In this document: piece after piece, positions 57,811 through 64,000 of the stretch
Layout of the letters: each line of letters begins with the position of its first letter
Numbering within the stretch: position 1 is the stretch's first letter
NCBI GenBank assembly: GCA_964016885.1
Contig: OZ024758.1
Location: 18,290,001 to 18,354,000 of the forward strand
Direction of reading: 5' to 3'
Source: Eledone cirrhosa
Lineage: Eukaryota
Length of the DNA: 64,000 nt
Made by a program: the position numbers and the translations under genes
The notes under the pieces: generated by a model
What the model was told of the DNA's origin: nothing
The model's input: only the letters and a program-made list of their open reading frames with translations
Database searches by the model: none

Positions 57811-59544
57811 TATGTTTACATTTATGCATAATTCGATTTTGACATCCTTTTGAATTTTACTTATTTATGAATGTTACTACATTTTTGGTGTTACTTATAA
57901 TCGCCATCATTTACACCATCGCCTTTCATATTGTTTTCAAAATGGAAATAATTTTTTTTTAACACTGTCAACATCTTTAAAGTCACCATCATTACAAATG
58001 TGGTCGTGTATGTAATATATATAGTTCATCAAAATGCCATTAAAAAATATATATAAGAAACAAAATATAATTATAATCAACAGCGTATAAAATAAACATT
58101 GAAACTAAAACAAAAAAAAAACAAAGATATTTAAACACAGACTAACAATCGAGTATAACCTATTCTCCATTATGTAAAGTAATATTTTACTTAAATGACA
58201 AAGCTTTTAGGATGTGTTTGTATATGATGTATTCGTGACAGGTGAAGATTGAAAAAAATATATATCTTGCAATATTTGGTCACATGATATGGTATCCGGT
58301 GAAAATAGAAACAAAGAATATAGAAACAAAGACAGATTTTACTTTTATAAACAATAGAAATACAATATAAACAAAACTAACATTTAAAAAGTAAATATCA
58401 AGAGTAACAGACAGAGACTATAAAGGGTAAAGGTGACAGAATTGTTAGTTCGTGAATATAGAAATATTATATGCATAATAATGATAAATATTTTTAGATA
58501 GTGATTTTATTGATGCTTAGAATGATGACTTGACGTAGAATTTGTGAAATCATGAATCAAATAAGATCGGAACGAGTTCTAATATGTTTTATACGTTATT
58601 TCTATAAGAAATACCACATATTTTCTTGCCCTGTAATAGTGCATGTATGTGAGACAAAGACCTAAATGATATTAAATAGAAAATCTGATGGTGTCCTCAC
58701 CCAATCAAAAGTGGAAACTTTCTTTTGGCAAAGGGTATTCACTGGTAATATATCACTAGAATGGACACACAATTTGAGGCCTCCGTTCAAGTTTCGATAG
58801 GTGATGGACATTTATTTCATATAAGAAATATTCCTTATATTATACATTAAAACATAGCTGGTAATATATATATATATATACTATAGAGTAAAGTAAAGCA
58901 TGTCCACAGAATTATTTGATAATATATATACATCATCTCTACTCCCAATCAGCATAATTGACCACACAAAAAATCAATTAGACCAGGTTATAAGAATAAA
59001 CGGCATCTATTAAGAAACAGTAAATAAATACGCCACAGCGGCGTCTTCGCGTCCAACCGCTATAGAATATTTACCCAACATTTCAACAGTACGTTTAAAT
59101 TAATTAAATATACGGTCAACCATACATAATTAGCTAAACAATTATGTTAGAAATGCTTATATACATACCAGGATTAAATCACTAAATCCCGACCCATGGG
59201 TTTCGCTCACTTTTGAGATATCTTATTAAGAATAATACTCGAGTTTAAGAGCTCTTCAGGGGACAAACTCGCTAGGACATATTATTTTGCGAAATGGCCC
59301 ACGCCAAACACGAATTCAAAATGGTTGAGAACTGTGACGTGGCAGTGGTCAAGCCAGGAAGGGTGTGATTGGTTGCTTACGGCGAGTGGGTTGGTTGCTA
59401 GAAAGGGCAGCCCAATATTGCCAAAATGTTATGTCAACCTTATAGGAGATTATTAATTATAAATATGTATACATACACCAATTAAACAAAGTCACAGGTA
59501 TATATGTGTTTTGGCAACTATTCAAGATGTGGCTCCATGAAGAA

Positions 59545-59616
<72 letters not shown>

Positions 59617-59852
59617 CACAAACCTCTCGTTGACAAATCATGTGTCTGTGAAAAGGGCAATAAAGAACTTAGCAAGTCGAGCCATTCTTTCCAGATAAAA
59701 CAGAAATAACTTTCGAACACGAACCAGAAACGAGAAAAACAACAAACCCTCAATTTCAATTTTACTTTTGAAATACATAAGAAATGTGAAACCGGTAAAG
59801 GAAACAAATAAATATTCTTAAAAATACTCAATTTGCATTTTCGATCTCTTTT

Positions 59853-59967
<115 letters not shown>

Positions 59968-60104
59968 TAGTGTTAGAACACTCGTCGTTTATATCTGCAG
60001 TAGTAGTTCCACAACAGTTAACACACTATTTCCGAGAACAATTTGTTTCCCCTCAAACGGATCACCAGCTATGTTTAAATGAGACAATACGAGCTGGTGT
60101 GGAA

Positions 60105-60148
<44 letters not shown>

Positions 60149-60357
60149 ACAGGGAGAAAGATACGATTATTAGTAAGAACAATATTATTTTTTCCTTTTT
60201 TGTGTCTCTCCCTCTTTTTTCTGGGTTAGAAAATGATTAATACGACAGGTTTTACTTTGTGTGAAGTGTTAAGGTATTCGTTGATTTATTTATTATTTAA
60301 CATAGGAATTTATTTATCTATTTATATATTTAATAATTGTCTATTACCGGTTTCAGC

Positions 60358-60945
<588 letters not shown>

Positions 60946-60989
60946 TATACGATCCCTCTTTGGATTTTAGTCTTCAAATTTATTATTAT

Positions 60990-61050
<61 letters not shown>

Positions 61051-61093
61051 GACCTTTCCTGTTTATAGTTGTTTATAGCATAAATAGTATTAT

Positions 61094-61169
<76 letters not shown>

Positions 61170-61235
61170 ATAGATATATATATATAAATATACATATATA
61201 CATATATACATATATACATATATATATAAATATAC

Positions 61236-61326
<91 letters not shown>

Positions 61327-61329
<3 letters not shown>

Positions 61330-61507
61330 ATATAGATGAAATTCTACAGGACTAGAACTGTTTCATTCTTTAGAAATCATGATGATTTCTAAAGAATGAA
61401 ACAGTTCTCGTCCTGTAGAATCTCATCTATATTAAAACTGTTATACTCTGCAATGTATTGAGTACATTACTTATTGTGGTTACCTCCGATTCAACCCGGA
61501 ATAACGT
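61327..61507 (+). mobile_element. Family C fold-back element
   Basis: Palindrome about 61327-61435 with its axis inside the core (aaatcat|gatgattt); tail gtattgagtac...cccggaataac. Confidence 0.8.
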
Positions 61508-61590
61508 ATATATATATATATATATATATATGACTGCCAATACTGGATTTGAATAATTCAAACCATACCGGTTTGTCATATATCAAATCT

Positions 61591-61657
61591 TATATTTTGC
61601 CTGATGAAAACGTACTTAAACACCATTGTACCTTTGAAATATGTATAATAAAATATA
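61591..61657 (+). ncRNA. Hammerhead motif, family E
   Basis: TATATTTTGC-CTGATGA-AAacGTAC...GTACcTTT-GAAA-TATGTA-T-A-ATAAAATATA. Confidence 0.65.
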
Positions 61658-61713
61658 TATTTTGATTACGAGAATACTTTTCATTTATTAATATTTTAAA
61701 TAACATATATCTA

Positions 61714-61783
<70 letters not shown>

Positions 61784-61784
61784 A

Positions 61785-61861
<77 letters not shown>

Positions 61862-61909
61862 AATATTATATATATATAGATATATATATATTTAAATATA
61901 TATATATAG

Positions 61910-61949
<40 letters not shown>

Positions 61950-62094
61950 TAGTAGAAGCGGAGGATCGACCGCGAGCTCGGCTCTATCAACCAGTTACTT
62001 CTGAAAATATAACTTTTAAAGTATAATTTGCGGTAGATTTAACTGATAATTGTTGTTACGTATTGTAACAACGTATGGTTTTCCGTAGTTCCAC

Positions 62095-62135
<41 letters not shown>

Positions 62136-62149
62136 TATATAAACAGTTA

Positions 62150-63601
62150 AGTTATACAAAAGTGAGTTACAAACGAAACGAAATTTAATTTCGTTTCGTT
62201 ATTTGTTTTTATCGTCTCCGTTGAAGCGGTACGTACTCACGCTCTATGCAAATTAGTCTGCCCACTACTAATTTTCATAGAAAAAGCATATAACGATATG
62301 TGCTTTTACGATTCTCTAGAAAGGCCGGAAGATAGGTAAATATTGCTGATGAGTTGTAACAACAACGGAACTAGTTCAATATTCCTTTCTGCCTTTCTGG
62401 AGAATAGAGGAAAGGTGTTTCCTCAAAAACCAGTATGACTCTAAAAACCGGTTTGTCTGTGTGTTTACATACAGAATAGCTGGGCACTCACAGTAAAGTG
62501 ACCAGTGAAAAACTCGGTACATCTACATATGTATACGTGTGTGTATTCATATGCATACTAGTATTTCAGTATGCATATGTGGATGTACATTTTTAACTTA
62601 ATTGTTTAAGCGTCAGTCATACAAAAGTGAGTTACAAACGAAACGAAATTTAATTTCGTTTCGTTATTTGTTTTTATCGTCTCCGTTGAAGCGGTACGTA
62701 CTCACGCTCTATGCAAATTAGTCTGCCCACTACTAATTTTCATAGAAAAAGCATATAACGATATGTGCTTTTACGATTCTCTAGAAAGGCCGGAAGATAG
62801 GTAAATATTGCTGATGAGTTGTAACAACAACGGAACTAGTTCAATATTCCTTTCTGCCTTTCTGGAGAATAGAGGAAAGGTGTTTCCTCAAAAACCAGTA
62901 TGACTCTAAAAACCGGTTTGTCTGTGTGTTTACATACAGAATAGCTGGGCACTCACAGTAAAGTGACCAGTGAAAAACTCGGTACATCTACATATGTATA
63001 CGTGTGTGTATTCATATGCATACTAGTATTTCAGTATGCATATGTGGATGTACATTTTTAACTTAATTGTTTAAGCGTCAGTCATACAAAAGTGAGTTAC
63101 AAACGAAACGAAATTTAATTGCGTTTCGTTATTTGTTTTTATCGTCTCCGTTGAACCGGTACGTACTCACGCTCTATGCAAATTAGTCTGCCCACTACTA
63201 ATTTTCATAGAAAAAGCATATAACGATATGTGCTTTTACGATTCTCTAGAAAGGCCGGAAGATAGGTAAATATTGCTGATGAGTTGTAACAACAACGAAA
63301 CTAGTTCAATATTCCTTGTCTGGCTTTCTGGAGAATAGAGGAAAGGTGTTTCCTCAAAAACCAGTATGACTCTAAAAACCGGTTTGTCTGTGTGTTTACA
63401 TACAGAATAGCTGGACACTCACAGTAAAGTGACCAGTGAAAAACTCGGTACATCTACATATGTATACGTGTGTGTATTCATATGCATACTAGTATTTCAG
63501 TATACATATGTGGATGTACATTTTTAATTTAATTGTTTAAGCGTCAGTCATACAAAAGTGAGTTACAAACGAAACGAAATTTAATTTCGTTTCGTTATTT
63601 G

Positions 63602-63606
<5 letters not shown>
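62150..63606 (+). mobile_element. Retrozyme-like tandem array: 3 x ~465-bp units plus ~60 bp, one hammerhead per unit
   Basis: Unit starts at 62151, 62616, 63081 and 63547; hammerheads at 62339-62383, 62804-62848 and 63269-63313; (TA)n flanks. Confidence 0.9.
63269..63313 (+). ncRNA. Type I hammerhead with intact core (third unit)
   Basis: AATATTG-CTGATGA-GTTGtaacaaCAAC-GAAA-CTAG-T-T-CAATATT; units 1 and 2 have GGAA instead of GAAA. Confidence 0.88.
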
Positions 63607-63656
<50 letters not shown>

Positions 63657-63810
63657 TTTTTTGTGTGTATATGTTGGTTGTATACCAACACCTCAGTATG
63701 CAGATTGGTGCACTCGACGAAGTGCGCAGGTTGGTTTGGTTACTCCGGAGTAATGTAAAATAAAATAAAATAACTAATTCGAATGTTTAAAATGTGGCTT
63801 CGTTTATTAC

Positions 63811-63861
63811 TGCTATATAAATTTCGGTGACAGGCATCTTTGGCTGTGACCTCTTCAGGCA
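63811..63861 (-). ncRNA. Type I hammerhead (element probably continues past the window end)
   Basis: TGC-CTGAAGA-GGTcACAG...CTGTcACC-GAAA-TTTATA-T-A-GCA. Confidence 0.7.
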
Positions 63862-64000
63862 TTCCGAAATAGTGTGGTAGAGACGAGTACACATGATGTT
63901 GAGGTGTTTAACTTTGTCAATACTCTGATATGCCTAGTTCCTGGTTGGGTTGTTATTTCCCTGAGGAACTGGAATCATATGAATTTAAACAAACGAATTT

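Noticed and set aside
59290-59430. Promoter-like cluster (ATTGG boxes, TGACGTGG); similar at 8620-8760
   Set aside because: Short motifs expected by chance; no linked gene or transcript evidence.
62246-62253. Octamer ATGCAAAT in each tandem unit; the array as CRISPR-like or SECIS-bearing
   Set aside because: The octamer is one arm of a hairpin; the units have no variable spacers; no AUGA/GA quartet with correct spacing was found.

Overview
AT-rich, non-genic animal DNA, most likely an octopod cephalopod (inferred from its OR1/OR2-like tRNA-derived SINEs and very dense (TA)n tracts). I could not support any host gene; almost every ORF in the track is a microsatellite artefact (YIYI..., CVCV..., SLSL...). 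The one real long ORF (44123-46537, minus strand) is a Penelope-like retroelement (PLE) with reverse transcriptase plus GIY-YIG endonuclease, resembling the Naiad clade. It lies in (TA)n, has a type I hammerhead ribozyme (HHR) in its 3' pseudo-LTR and has an inverted copy of that pLTR at its truncated 5' end. Most of the short 'unique' islands between the (TA)n tracts turn out to belong to roughly ten or more HHR-bearing non-coding families. These share (TA)n insertion, family-specific palindromic stem III sequences and 5' fold-backs that often start at the ribozyme; one forms a 465-bp x3 tandem retrozyme-like array (62150-63606). Also present: SINEs, RTE-, CRE- and R4/Dong-like LINE remnants (the last inside (TATG)n), a non-autonomous Helitron and MITEs. 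All folds and family assignments were made by eye; element boundaries are approximate and no ribozyme activity is demonstrated.
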